Source of the DNA: Candidatus Omnitrophota bacterium
Lineage (GTDB): Bacteria; Omnitrophota; Gorgyraeia; Zapsychrales; Fredricksoniimonadaceae
Direction: 5' to 3'
DNA: 64,000 nt
NCBI GenBank assembly: GCA_903860135.1
Contig: CAIOPG010000007.1
Location: forward strand, 66,100-130,099
Shown: piece by piece, positions 18,528 through 30,210 of the stretch
How the letters are laid out: each line of letters starts with the position of its first letter
Numbering within the stretch: position 1 is the stretch's first letter
Notes under the pieces: model-generated
Database searches by the model: none
What the model saw: the letters and a program-made list of their open reading frames with translations, nothing else
Told to the model about the DNA's origin: nothing
Translations under genes and position numbers: made by a program

Positions 18528-19750
18528 TGACCAGAAATGTGCTAACGTTTGTTCTTGCCGGCGGCAAGGGAGAGCGCCTCAACCCACTGACACGTGACCG
18601 TGCCAAGCCTGCGGTGCCTTTTGGCGGGAATTACCGCATTATTGATTTCACGCTTTCCAATTGTATCAATTCCGGGTTGCGGCGCATCTATGTCCTGATC
18701 CAGTACAAATCTTTTTCATTGCAGAAACATATCCTTGCCGGATGGGATGTTGTTTCTACTCAGCTGGGCGAGTTCATTGATGTTATCCCGGCGCAGCAGC
18801 GCCTTGGGCAAGATTGGTATAAAGGAACGGCTGACGCGATCTATCAGAACATTTACGCGATCAATGATCATGCACCGGAACTGGTGCTTATCCTCGCGGG
18901 CGACCACCTTTACAAGATGGATTATCAGCAGATGATCGATGCGCATATGGCCAGCCACGCGGATGTGACAGTACCCTGCATCAGGATGCCGAAGGAGGAG
19001 TCGCTTAATTTTGGTGTCATTGAAGTGGACAGCCGGAGTTTTATTTGCGGCTTTCAGGAAAAGCCGCAGGCACCCAAGACGATCCCCGATGACCCGGGTG
19101 CCATTTACGCTTCGATGGGCATTTATCTTTTCAATGCCAAAGCCCTGGTCAACGAGCTTGAGCGTGATGCCGCAGATGTGCGGTCCGATCATGATTTTGG
19201 CAAGAATATTATTCCCAAGATGCTGGCTTCAGGGAAAAAGCTGTTGGCGTATAATTTTGGTCTGCAATCGGATTATTGGCGCGATATTGGGACGCGCGAT
19301 GCTTATTATCAGGCAAACATGGACCTGGTGCGCGCCCAGTCGCCCTTTGATCTTTACGATAAAGCCTGGCCTTTGCGCACGCACCATTCCCATTATCCGC
19401 CGGTGTGCCTGAAGACGGTGCACGAAGATGGCCCGGATGTGCCGGGGGTTGCCATTGATTCGATCATTTCTCCCGGATGCTTTATCGAAGGCGGTCGTGT
19501 CGAGCGGTCGGTCCTTTCGCCGGTCGTTACAGTGGGGCGGGGGGCGTTGATCCAGGATTCCGTGATCATGGAAGGGGTTGTGGTCGGCCAGGGGGCACAG
19601 ATCAGGAATGCCATCATCGACAAACATGTGGTCATTCCGGCGGGAGAAAAGATAGGGTATGATCTTGAGCTTGATCGCGAGCGTTTTGCTGTGACCGCTT
19701 CGGGGATCGTGATCGTCGCCAAGAAGACGGCAATCCCGGAATTAAGCTAG
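18524..19750 (+). CDS. glgC: glucose-1-phosphate adenylyltransferase
   Basis: [51 protein letters not shown] is the classic GlgC N-terminus. Confidence 0.92.
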   Translation: [408 protein letters not shown]

Positions 19751-19774
19751 TATTTTATACGTTATGGGGGAAAA

Positions 19775-20968
19775 ATGATTGTTCAGCCGAAGATCAGGGG
19801 ATTTATCTGTACGACAGCGCATCCTGTCGGGTGTGCCCGTCATGTCCAGGAACAGATCGACTATGTTTTACGCAACGGGCCGTTGACCGGTGCGCCCAAG
19901 AGGGTCCTGGTGATCGGGGCTTCTGCGGGTTTTGGCCTTGCCTCGCGCATTGTGGCGGCCTTTGGCGGCGGAGCCGCGACGTACGGAGTTTATTTTGAAC
20001 GCCCTGCCGACGGCAAGCGGACCGCGACGGCTGGCTGGTACAACACGGGTGCGTTTGAGAAAGCGGCCAGGGCCAAGGGGTTGTATGCGGCAAGCATTTG
20101 CGGCGACGCGTTTGCCGATGATACCAAACGCCAGGTGGCTGCGGCGCTCAGGCAGAATATGGGCCAGGTCGATATGGTTGTTTACAGCTTGGCATCGCCG
20201 CGCCGCGTGCATCCGAAGACCGGCGAGACCTTCAAGTCAACGCTCAAGCCGATCCAGGGTGTGTATACCAACAAGTCGATGGATTTTGAAAAGAGCGAGG
20301 TTATTAATGTAACGCTCGAACAGGCGACACCCGAGGATGTGCACCAGACGATCCAGGTCATGGGCGGCGAGGATTGGCAGATGTGGATGGAATTCCTGAA
20401 GACTGAAGGCCTGCTGGCTCCGGGTTGCTTGACGGTGGCGTATTCTTATATCGGGCCTGAAGTTACTCAGCCGATCTACCGTCACGGCACCATCGGCGCG
20501 GCCAAAGATCACTTGGAAAGTACAGCGCATCAGCTTGATAAATTTATGGCCCAGGTGGGCGGCCGGGCACTTGTTTCGGTCAACAAGGCGCTGGTCACGC
20601 AGGCCAGTTCTGCCATTCCTTTTATTTCTCTCTATATTGTTCTTTTGATGAAAGAAATGAAAGCGCGAGGGATCCATGAAGGGTGCATTGAACAGATGGA
20701 CCGTTTGTTCAGGAACCGGCTTTTTAATGGGCGTGCCTTGAAAGACATTCCCGTCGATGACAAAGGCCGTGTGCGTGTTGATGACTGGGAAGTCCGGGCG
20801 GATGTGCAGGATGCCGTTACCGAAGTCTGGAAGAATGTGAGCACGGAGAATGTCTTGCGCAACGGTGATGTAGGCGGTTATAACAAGGAATTCCTCAAGC
20901 TTTTCGGTTTTGGTTTTCCGGATGTTGATTATCAGGCGGATGTCGAGATAGATATCAAGGCAGACTGA
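19775..20968 (+). CDS. fabV: trans-2-enoyl-CoA / enoyl-ACP reductase FabV (TER family)
   Basis: MIVQPKIRGFICTTAHPVGCARHVQEQIDYV matches the FabV/TER N-terminus. Confidence 0.9.
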   Translation: MIVQPKIRGFICTTAHPVGCARHVQEQIDYVLRNGPLTGAPKRVLVIGASAGFGLASRIVAAFGGGAATYGVYFERPADGKRTATAGWYNTGAFEKAARAKGLYAASICGDAFADDTKRQVAAALRQNMGQVDMVVYSLASPRRVHPKTGETFKSTLKPIQGVYTNKSMDFEKSEVINVTLEQATPEDVHQTIQVMGGEDWQMWMEFLKTEGLLAPGCLTVAYSYIGPEVTQPIYRHGTIGAAKDHLESTAHQLDKFMAQVGGRALVSVNKALVTQASSAIPFISLYIVLLMKEMKARGIHEGCIEQMDRLFRNRLFNGRALKDIPVDDKGRVRVDDWEVRADVQDAVTEVWKNVSTENVLRNGDVGGYNKEFLKLFGFGFPDVDYQADVEIDIKAD

Positions 20969-21053
20969 AGCGCGGGTTTTTATTCCGGACAGGGGTGGCC
21001 TGCCGCGATAAAATATAGCATGACGTTCGTTTTGATTCATGGGAGTTGGATCA

Positions 21054-24000
21054 ATGTATTTCAAGAAACTGGAGATTTTCGGTTTTAAATCTTTTGCCGA
21101 AAAAACAATCCTTCATTTTGAGCCAGGGATCACTGCTGTCGTCGGACCTAACGGGTGCGGCAAGAGCAATGTCTTTGATGCCATCCGCTGGGTCCTCGGC
21201 GAGCAAAGCGTAAAGCAGCTGCGCGGCGGTGCCATGGAAGATGTCATTTTTAACGGCACGGACACGAAGCTGGCCCTCGGTTTTGCCGAGGTCAGCGTGA
21301 CCTTTGACAACACCTCAAAGATCCTGCCGGTCCCGCATGACGAAGTTACGGTAACCCGCCGCCTTTTCAGGTCCGGCGAGAGCGAATACCTCATCAATAA
21401 AGAGCCGGTCCGCCTCAAGGATGTTGTCGAGATATTCATGGGGACGGGTGTCGGCGCGGAGTCTTATTCCCTTGTTCAGCAAGGCAAGGTCGATCTTGTT
21501 GTCAGTGCCAGGCCGGATGACCGGCGCGTGCTCTTTGATGAGGCCTCGGGGATCACCAAATACAAGGCCAAGAAGCGTGAGGCCATGGGCAAATTGAAGG
21601 AAACCGACGATAATCTTCTGCGCCTGAACGATATCGTGACGGAGGTCAAGCGCCAGATCACGACGGTAGAACGCCAGGCCCAGAAGGCCCGGCGCTACAA
21701 GGACGAGTTTGAAAAATTAAAAGCCCTTGAACTGGTCCATGCGCGGCATCAGTGTGCCGCTTTCATGCACGAACGTTCCGGGATCCAGGTGCGGGTGGAT
21801 GCCCTCAAGGGCGGTGAAGAAACTGCCCATGGTGAACTCGGAGAATTTCGTGCCATGCTCGACCAGGAGACTTCGGCCCAGGAAGATCTGGAGCAGAATG
21901 TCCGGGAAGCCCGTGAGCGGGACATGAAACTTGAAAATCAGATTGAGCTGGCGATCCGTCAGATCGCTTTCAATGACGAGCGGCTTCAGAATCTTTCCCA
22001 GAATGAGATCCGTGTGGCGGGGCAAAAGGGTTTACTGGCGGATAAAAGCCGCTTGCATCAGGAAAAGATTTCCGAGCTGGAGCGGATGCTGGTTTCATCC
22101 CAGGAGGCTATTGCCGTGGCATCGGGAGAGCTTGAGTTCCGGCGGAGTTCCTTCAGCAGTCTTGTGGCCTTGATCCAGGAACATGAATTGTCCATGCGTG
22201 CGGATGAGGAAAATGCCCGCCGCCTGTCTTCATCTCTGGCGGGTATAAAAGGCGGGCTTGTCGAGATCATGAAGGAACGGGAGGGGTATCTGACCCGCCG
22301 CCGCCGGCTCGATCAGGAGCAGGCCAAGGTGACGTCGGAGCGCACCGAGACCGAGCAAAAACTCAACGGCCTTTCTGAAGGTATCCGCCTCATCATGGGC
22401 AAGCGCCAGGGGATCCTTGACGGGCTGGAGCAGGAAAAAGCTGCGCTGGCCGCTGTCCGTGAAGAACTGGCCGTCGTCGACAAGAGCATCGAAACATTCC
22501 AGCACCGGAGATTATTCCTGGTGTCGCAGAAAGAGTTCATTGAAAAGCTGCACGTTCAGTACCAGGACATGCCCGACCCTGTGATCACGGGCCATTTCTT
22601 TTCCCCGATCCCTCCATCGGAACAGCATACGGGTTTTATCGGTAAACTAAAGTCTGTGACTGCGGTTTCGGCCGAACGTCATGAGGATCTGCGCCGGCAT
22701 CTGGATGGTATGGCGGCGGCAGGCCTTTATGAGATCATTTGCGAGACAAAGTTTGTGGAGCTTGATCCGTTGGCCATTGCGGCTGAAATCACCCGGATCG
22801 ATGCGGTCCTGGGAGAACTGGCCGTGCAACGCGCGGCCAGGCTTTCGGCTATTGCCGGGCATTCCCGCACAACGGAAAGATTTCTCCAGGAAGTGCACGC
22901 CGAAGACAGGCGGTTGTCCGTTTGCGAGGCCCAACAGTCGGATATCGGGGCAGAAGCTGTCAAGCTGGTCAAGGAACTGCAGGCTGTTGCCGACGAGATC
23001 CAGGAGGTTGACGCAGGCCTGGCGCGTTTGGCTGAACGGGATGCCGTCCTGACAGCCGAGGTCGGGTCGCTCGAAGCAGAATTGCGCGCGGCCGAAGCGT
23101 CGGCTCGCGACCGGCAGGAGGCCCTCGCAGGCCAACGTGCGGCGCGCGAAGAGGCGGCCGTGGCCCTTGCTCAGTGCGAGTCCGAGCTTGGCGCGATGCG
23201 CGAACGCGAGAGGTCATGGAAGGCGAACATGAGCGCTTTCTTGGCGGACATGAAAAACTACCAGGAAGAGCTGTTTCGCCTTGATCAGGAGGTTGTTTCT
23301 TTCAGCGAACGCCGACAGCACCTTGAAGCGGATACGGCCAGGCAGGAAGAGCTTTTACTGGCACTCCGGTCCGAGAAAGAGACCTTCAGGGATGCACGCG
23401 TCCGTATTGAGGCCGAGGAGCGAGATCTTTCCCAGCGGCTGAACAGCCTGCGCGCCCAGATCGCGGGTATCGAAAAGGGTTTGGCAGACGGGCGTGACCA
23501 TGCCCATGAGATGTCCATGCGTATCCAGCAACTTGATTTTCAGGAAAAGGCTGTGCGTGAGCGCCTGTCGCAGAAATATGACCTGGAACTTTCTGTTCTT
23601 CCGGTTGCAACGGAGGGAGGGTCGGTCTCGGATCCGCTCGGTGAACCTGATGTTGAGGTGATCCGCCAGGAAATACAGGCCTTGATCAGGCGCTGCGATG
23701 CTTTTGGCGGCGTCAATCTCCTTGCCATTGAAGAGTTTGAGGAACTTAAAGGACGGTTTCAGTTCCTGACCCGTCAGCAGAGCGATCTTCTTGAAGCCAA
23801 AACAGCACTCGAGCAAACCATCCGCAAGATCAACAAGACTACCCGTGAATTGTTCATTGACACTTTTACCAAGGTGAATGCGCAGTTCCGTGAATATTTC
23901 AAGGTCCTCTTTAACGGTGGCGAGGCCCAGCTGGTTCTCCTTGATCCGGAGAATGCGCTCGAGTCTGGCATTGAGATCGTGGCACGGCCGCCAGGCAAGA

Positions 24001-24374
24001 AATTACAGACCATCAGCCTTCTTTCCGGCGGCGAGAAGACCATGACGGCTATTGCGCTTATTTTTGCGGTATTCCGCGTTAACCCGAGCCCTTTCTGCGT
24101 ACTTGACGAGATCGATGCCGCGCTCGATGAAGCCAATGTGGACCGCTTTGCCGCTGTGCTCAAGGAGTTCGCCCAAATTTCCCAGTTCATTGTGATCACG
24201 CACAACAAGAAAACAATGGCGCATGCTAATGTCATGTACGGGGTCACCATGCAACAGCGCGGGATATCGAAGGTTGTTTCTGTCAAGTTTTCGGGGCATC
24301 AGCAGGAAGGTTCCCCGACACTTCAACCCACAGCTTCCCAAGACCCTGTGCCCGAGGAGTTTGCGGGAGTTTGA
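21054..24374 (+). CDS. smc: chromosome segregation protein SMC
   Basis: MYFKKLEIFGFKSFAEKTILHFEPGITAVVGPNGCGKSNVFDAIRWVLGEQS, a long coiled coil, and a C-terminal LSGGEKTMTAIALIFA...VLDEIDAALD. Confidence 0.95.
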   Translation: MYFKKLEIFGFKSFAEKTILHFEPGITAVVGPNGCGKSNVFDAIRWVLGEQSVKQLRGGAMEDVIFNGTDTKLALGFAEVSVTFDNTSKILPVPHDEVTVTRRLFRSGESEYLINKEPVRLKDVVEIFMGTGVGAESYSLVQQGKVDLVVSARPDDRRVLFDEASGITKYKAKKREAMGKLKETDDNLLRLNDIVTEVKRQITTVERQAQKARRYKDEFEKLKALELVHARHQCAAFMHERSGIQVRVDALKGGEETAHGELGEFRAMLDQETSAQEDLEQNVREARERDMKLENQIELAIRQIAFNDERLQNLSQNEIRVAGQKGLLADKSRLHQEKISELERMLVSSQEAIAVASGELEFRRSSFSSLVALIQEHELSMRADEENARRLSSSLAGIKGGLVEIMKEREGYLTRRRRLDQEQAKVTSERTETEQKLNGLSEGIRLIMGKRQGILDGLEQEKAALAAVREELAVVDKSIETFQHRRLFLVSQKEFIEKLHVQYQDMPDPVITGHFFSPIPPSEQHTGFIGKLKSVTAVSAERHEDLRRHLDGMAAAGLYEIICETKFVELDPLAIAAEITRIDAVLGELAVQRAARLSAIAGHSRTTERFLQEVHAEDRRLSVCEAQQSDIGAEAVKLVKELQAVADEIQEVDAGLARLAERDAVLTAEVGSLEAELRAAEASARDRQEALAGQRAAREEAAVALAQCESELGAMRERERSWKANMSAFLADMKNYQEELFRLDQEVVSFSERRQHLEADTARQEELLLALRSEKETFRDARVRIEAEERDLSQRLNSLRAQIAGIEKGLADGRDHAHEMSMRIQQLDFQEKAVRERLSQKYDLELSVLPVATEGGSVSDPLGEPDVEVIRQEIQALIRRCDAFGGVNLLAIEEFEELKGRFQFLTRQQSDLLEAKTALEQTIRKINKTTRELFIDTFTKVNAQFREYFKVLFNGGEAQLVLLDPENALESGIEIVARPPGKKLQTISLLSGGEKTMTAIALIFAVFRVNPSPFCVLDEIDAALDEANVDRFAAVLKEFAQISQFIVITHNKKTMAHANVMYGVTMQQRGISKVVSVKFSGHQQEGSPTLQPTASQDPVPEEFAGV

Positions 24375-24457
24375 CACGATTTGAGAATTTGTGTTATACT
24401 AAAATTTCTTTTGGGTATGCAGTGTTTTATTAATATACGGAATCTAACGGTGTCTTT

Positions 24458-25024
24458 ATGGAATTTCTGAAGAATTTCAACTGGGTTGATGTCCTTCTCC
24501 TGACGCTGGCGGTGAGGATTGTTTATACTGCTGGCAAGACCGGTTTTATAGTCGAGTTATTGAAAACGCTGGGGGTTCTTTTTACACTTCTGGTCGTGTT
24601 TCATTTTTATTCGACATTGGCCGGCTGGTGCCCGCAGGTGGCGTTTTTCCCTGGGCAATGGCTTCCGGCGGTAGCCTTTGTGGTCCTTTGGCTGGCTGGC
24701 GTGATCTTGTGCCGGCTTATCCGGGAAGGTTTTCTTTTGATGTTTACGGTTCAGTCTATTTCTTTGGTCGATAGTTGGGGTGCTGCCGCTTTATCAGTGG
24801 TAAGATTTCTTCTGATCGGCAGCATGTTGTTATTTCTTTTTTTTGCAACGGGTGTTCCTTATTTGCACCGGGGCGCCCAAGGGGCTTTTGTTGGCAAGCA
24901 TATTTTTCCGGTGGCACCGGACACATATAGTAAGGTGACACGCGGCTTTGTCGCGGCGCTTTTCCCGGCAGAGAAAGTCAACCCGGCGGTAGCTGAAGTT
25001 ATGGCTGCGGCTGTGAAGAAATAG
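24458..25024 (+). CDS. cvpA: CvpA family membrane protein
   Basis: 188 aa, four TM helices, N-terminal NWVDVLLLTLAVRIVYTAGKTGFIVEL, typical of CvpA. Confidence 0.7.
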   Translation: MEFLKNFNWVDVLLLTLAVRIVYTAGKTGFIVELLKTLGVLFTLLVVFHFYSTLAGWCPQVAFFPGQWLPAVAFVVLWLAGVILCRLIREGFLLMFTVQSISLVDSWGAAALSVVRFLLIGSMLLFLFFATGVPYLHRGAQGAFVGKHIFPVAPDTYSKVTRGFVAALFPAEKVNPAVAEVMAAAVKK

Positions 25025-25056
25025 GCATTTGCCTGACAGGTTGAGGAGCCGCTGGC

Positions 25057-26841
25057 GTGAGTTTGATCCCGGAAGATATTATCGCACGTGTCCTTGAGCG
25101 GATCGATATCGCCGAGTTGATCGGTACATATACGCCGCTGAAGCGTGCAGGCAAGAATTTCAAGGGGCTTTGCCCTTTTCATCATGAGAAGACGCCGTCT
25201 TTTACCGTGACGCCCGACAAGCAGATCTTTCATTGTTTTGGCTGTGGTGTCGGTGGCAATGCTGTTTCTTTCGTGATGAAACTGGAGCGTCTTGAATTTC
25301 CTGAAGCGGTCCGCTTCTTGGCTGAAAAGGCCGGTATTGATGTCCCCGTCGGTGACCGCGATGGCTCAAGGGATGATACCGTCAGAGAAAAAATATTTGC
25401 GGCACATGCCATTGCCATGGCATACTTTCATCACAATCTCGTAGCGGGCAGGGGGCAGGCTTTTGATGGGGCTCGTGAATATGTTAAGGGCCGTGCGCTT
25501 AATCTCGATGCGATCCGGCAGTTCCAGATCGGGTATGCCAGCGACACTTGGGATGGGCTTATAACCCACTTGCGTGAAAAAGGTTTTGATGCAACGATCA
25601 TTGAAAAGTCCGGGCTTGTGGTGCCGCGTGCGGATAACAAAGGGTATTATGACCGTTTCCGCGGTCGTGTGATGTTCCCGATATTTGATTATCGCGGACG
25701 TCCGGTGGCTTTTGGCGCGCGCGCCATGAAGAACGATGACAAGGTCAAGTATATCAATTCACCCGAAACTCCGATCTATACCAAGGGTCGCCATCTTTAC
25801 GGGTTTAACTGGTCCAAAGAGGCGGCAGGGCGTGAACACCGCGTGATCATCGTGGAAGGGTATCTGGATTTTATCCGTCCTTTCCTGGCCGGGATCGAGA
25901 ATGTGGCGGCGTCGCAGGGGACGGCGCTTACGGTTGATCAGATACGCCTGATCCGGCGCTACACGCATCATGTCACCATGCTTTTTGATATGGATACCGC
26001 CGGGCAGTCGGCGGCATTGCGAAGTCTCGATGTTCTTTTGGAAGAGGAAATGGATGTGCGGGTTGCGGCCTTGGCCGATGGGGAAGACCCTGATTCGTTC
26101 ATCCGTATTTACGGGGCTGATGATTTTCGCCGGAGAGTGGCGCAGGCCAAAAGCCTTTTCGATTTCAAGCTGGAACGCCTTTCGGCGGCATTTGATGTGC
26201 ACACCCCAGAAGGCCGCGGGATGATCTGCCGCGAGATGTTGATCACGCTTGAAAAGATCAGGAATGAAATTGTTAAGAATGATTATTTGAAGCAGTTGGC
26301 CACAAGGCTTAATGTGAGCGAAGATGTCGTGTTGCGCGAGCGGCAAAATATTTTGAGAAAACAGCCTGCTATGCCGGGGCGTATCCAGGAAGAAGCCGTC
26401 AAGCCTGCCATAAGCGCAGTATTTTCCTCTGATGAGGAGTGGCTTCTCCGGTTCGTGATGGCGGATGTTGAGTGGCTGAAAAAAACGAGAGAGCGGCTGG
26501 CTCCCGAAGAGCTTCCCGGGGTGGCGGCGCAAGAGGTGTTAAGGACGGCTTACTGCCTCTTTGATCAGGGGCGTGAGGCGGGACCGGCGGCATTGATCGA
26601 GCAGTTCACGGATGAAGCGCTGCGGCAAAAACTTACGGCCATGGCGTCATCTGCGCCTGAGAGCAGTGATGCGGCGACAGCAATCAAGGCCTTTGACGGT
26701 GGTTTGAAGACCATCAAGGACCGCGCGCGCAAGGTGCGGCGGCAGGCTTTGAGGGGCGTTATCCGTAAGGCCGAACAGCTTCAGGATCATGAAGCACTTC
26801 GACGGGCTCAGGAAGAGTTCAATAAACTTTTGAAAGGATAA
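25057..26841 (+). CDS. dnaG: DNA primase
   Basis: Zinc ribbon [36 protein letters not shown] and a TOPRIM domain. Followed by rpoD. Confidence 0.95.
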   Translation: MSLIPEDIIARVLERIDIAELIGTYTPLKRAGKNFKGLCPFHHEKTPSFTVTPDKQIFHCFGCGVGGNAVSFVMKLERLEFPEAVRFLAEKAGIDVPVGDRDGSRDDTVREKIFAAHAIAMAYFHHNLVAGRGQAFDGAREYVKGRALNLDAIRQFQIGYASDTWDGLITHLREKGFDATIIEKSGLVVPRADNKGYYDRFRGRVMFPIFDYRGRPVAFGARAMKNDDKVKYINSPETPIYTKGRHLYGFNWSKEAAGREHRVIIVEGYLDFIRPFLAGIENVAASQGTALTVDQIRLIRRYTHHVTMLFDMDTAGQSAALRSLDVLLEEEMDVRVAALADGEDPDSFIRIYGADDFRRRVAQAKSLFDFKLERLSAAFDVHTPEGRGMICREMLITLEKIRNEIVKNDYLKQLATRLNVSEDVVLRERQNILRKQPAMPGRIQEEAVKPAISAVFSSDEEWLLRFVMADVEWLKKTRERLAPEELPGVAAQEVLRTAYCLFDQGREAGPAALIEQFTDEALRQKLTAMASSAPESSDAATAIKAFDGGLKTIKDRARKVRRQALRGVIRKAEQLQDHEALRRAQEEFNKLLKG

Positions 26842-26848
26842 GGTTCGC

Positions 26849-28429
<1,581 letters not shown>

Positions 28430-28435
28430 AATATC

Positions 28436-28476
28436 AAGGGCATGGTCAAAACACCGACCATGCCCTTGGTGTTTAT
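28436..28476 (+). terminator. rho-independent terminator after rpoD
   Basis: 12-bp stem AAGGGCATGGTC / GACCATGCCCTT with an 8-nt loop, followed by GGTGTTTAT. Confidence 0.75.
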
Positions 28477-28518
28477 AATGGCAGGCATGATTTTTGTGTG
28501 GATGATTTGATAATGGGT

Positions 28519-28545
28519 AACGGAACGGTTTTCAACCGTTCCGTT
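28519..28545. promoter_or_regulatory. perfect 12-bp-arm palindrome AACGGAACGGTT-ttc-AACCGTTCCGTT upstream of the tRNA genes
   Basis: Exact inverted repeat with a 3-nt centre and no following U-tract. Either a protein operator or a hairpin. Confidence 0.5.
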
Positions 28546-28644
28546 CATTTCGCTCAGTCCCCTTATATATAAGTTGAAAATATTTATCCCTTATGATATC
28601 CTCTACATCTCGGATTTTTGAAAATTTTAGGATGATGTGTTTTC

Positions 28645-28718
28645 GGGCCTATAGCTCAGTCGGTTAGAGCAGGAGACTCATAATCTCTTGGTCCCGGGTT
28701 CGAGTCCTGGTGGGCCCA
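28645..28718 (+). tRNA. tRNA with CAU anticodon (elongator Met or Ile2/lysidine type)
   Basis: GGGCCTATAGCTCAGTCGGTTAGAGCAGGAGACTCATAATCTCTTGGTCCCGGGTTCGAGTCCTGGTGGGCCCA: cloverleaf with a 7-bp acceptor stem, anticodon loop CTCATAA, and T-loop TTCGAGT. Confidence 0.85.
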
Positions 28719-28735
28719 GTAATTTTTGATTTTAT

Positions 28736-28812
28736 GGACGCATAGCTCAGCTGGTTAGAGCGCTGCCCTCACATGGCAGAGGTCGAAGGTTCAAGTCCTT
28801 CTGCGTCCACCA
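28736..28812 (+). tRNA. tRNA-Val (CAC), CCA encoded
   Basis: GGACGCATAGCTCAGCTGGTTAGAGCGCTGCCCTCACATGGCAGAGGTCGAAGGTTCAAGTCCTTCTGCGTCCACCA: perfect acceptor stem GGACGCA/TGCGTCC, anticodon loop CTCACAT. Confidence 0.88.
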
Positions 28813-28995
28813 ATGTCTTTAAGTGAAGATGTGCAGAAGGACTTGAATTGAGCCCCAGCAGTTTAATCGCGACGAATAGGAGCGATTAATGGGGCGACTG
28901 GCCGACCCGAAGGGCGCCAAGTCCTTCTGCGTCCACCAATGTCTTTAAGTGAAGATGTGCAGAAGGACTTGAATTGAGCCCCAGTAGTTCAATCG
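28793..28995 (+). repeat. 1.6 copies of a 126-bp tandem repeat starting within the 3' end of tRNA-Val
   Basis: The ~78-nt unit AAGTCCTTCTGCGTCCACCAATGTCTTTAAGTGAAGATGTGCAGAAGGACTTGAATTGAGCCCCAGYAGTTYAATCGC occurs at 28793 and again at 28919, separated by a unique 48 nt. Each unit contains a 13-bp-stem hairpin CAAGTCCTTCTGC...GCAGAAGGACTTG. Confidence 0.8.
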
Positions 28996-29011
28996 CATAG
29001 AAAGGCATATT

Positions 29012-29737
29012 GTGGCAGGCAAGGATGTCAAAGATACGTTAAGGAAGCTCGTAGCCCTTCAGAAGATCGACGCTGAAGTGTACGAATTCAAGCGCTTGAT
29101 CAAGGATCTTCCGGCAGAGCTTGGGCAGGTCAAGGCGCTTTACGAAAAGAAATTGACGCGCTACCGTGAGCTTGAAGCAAAGATATTTGAGTTCGACCGT
29201 GCCCGCAAGGCCAAGGAGCTTGATCTCAAGTCCAAGGAGCAGGACATTGTCAAGGCCAATACGGTGCTGATGACGTTGAAGACGAACAGGGAATATCAGG
29301 CCAAACTTTTTGAAATTGAGAATATGAAGGCCGATCAGTCATTGCTTGAGGATGATATTCTGCGCCTTTTTGATGACACGTCGCGCGTTGCGGCTGAAGT
29401 TGCCAAAGAAAAGGTTGTAGCCGACGCTGAAGAGGCCAAGTATGCGGCCGAGAAGCAGAAGGTTGATGCTCAGCTTAAAGAATTGCATGATAAGGTAGCG
29501 ACGTTCGAGGCACAGCGTTCTGTGGCGTGTGAAGGCATCGACGCAACGACCTTGGCCATGTACGAGCGCCTTGTCGAAAACCGTATGGGTTTGGCCATGG
29601 TTCCGGTTGTCAATGAGGTGTGCGGCGGTTGTTATATGCGTCAGAATTCACAAATGCACAATCGTTTGAAATTGTGTGAAGATATTGTTCGTTGCGAGAC
29701 CTGTGCCAGGATCATATATCTTGAGGCCGAGCTTTGA
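29012..29737 (+). CDS. zinc-ribbon domain protein with long coiled coil (COG1579 family)
   Basis: 241 aa. The coiled-coil N-terminal part and the C-terminal C4 zinc ribbon CGGCYMRQN...CETC are typical of COG1579, which is frequently paired with RNase H. Confidence 0.75.
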   Translation: MAGKDVKDTLRKLVALQKIDAEVYEFKRLIKDLPAELGQVKALYEKKLTRYRELEAKIFEFDRARKAKELDLKSKEQDIVKANTVLMTLKTNREYQAKLFEIENMKADQSLLEDDILRLFDDTSRVAAEVAKEKVVADAEEAKYAAEKQKVDAQLKELHDKVATFEAQRSVACEGIDATTLAMYERLVENRMGLAMVPVVNEVCGGCYMRQNSQMHNRLKLCEDIVRCETCARIIYLEAEL

Positions 29738-30210
29738 TGGAAGTGTTTGAGATATTTTCGGACGGCGCTTGTAGTGGTAATCCGGGGCCGGCCGGGATCG
29801 GGGTTGTGATCCGCAAAGATGGCGTCAAGGTCCTCGAAGTTTCAGAAGCCATCGGCGAGGCCACCAACAATATTGCGGAGTACCGGGCGTTCATCCGGGG
29901 GTTGCGCGAGGCCAAAGCCATGGGCGCGCGCCATATTCGTCCGCGCACCGACAGCCAGCTGCTCTTTTATCAGCTCAAGGGTGATTATAAGGTCAAACAC
30001 CCGAACATGAAGCCACTGCACGCAGAGGCGATCGCTCTTTTGAAAGGTTTTACGAAAGTGGAATGCAAGGTGGTGCCCCGTGAAGAAAATAGGGACGCCG
30101 ACCTTCTGGCCACATCCGCGCTTAAGGCGAAGGTTTCGCAGAAAGCGGCCATTGACGACCGCCCCGATGTATTCATCATGGGGGAGGAAAGTCCGGGCTC
30201 CCAAGGATAA
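29734..30210 (+). CDS. rnhA: ribonuclease HI
   Basis: MMEVFEIFSDGACSGNPGPAGIGVVI...TNNIAEYRAFIRGLREA...TDSQLL: RNase H fold, DEDD catalytic residues in context. Confidence 0.85.
   Translation: MMEVFEIFSDGACSGNPGPAGIGVVIRKDGVKVLEVSEAIGEATNNIAEYRAFIRGLREAKAMGARHIRPRTDSQLLFYQLKGDYKVKHPNMKPLHAEAIALLKGFTKVECKVVPREENRDADLLATSALKAKVSQKAAIDDRPDVFIMGEESPGSQG

Noticed and set aside
28813-28851. 12-codon mini-ORF MSLSEDVQKDLN* present in both copies of the tandem repeat after tRNA-Val
   Set aside because: No RBS, and its duplication is explained by the DNA repeat itself. More likely an incidental frame within a structured non-coding repeat.
28793-28995. Considered whether the tRNA-adjacent tandem repeat could be a CRISPR array
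   Set aside because: Only two copies, 78-nt units with a 48-nt spacer (not CRISPR dimensions), one copy overlapping a tRNA gene, and no cas genes in the window.
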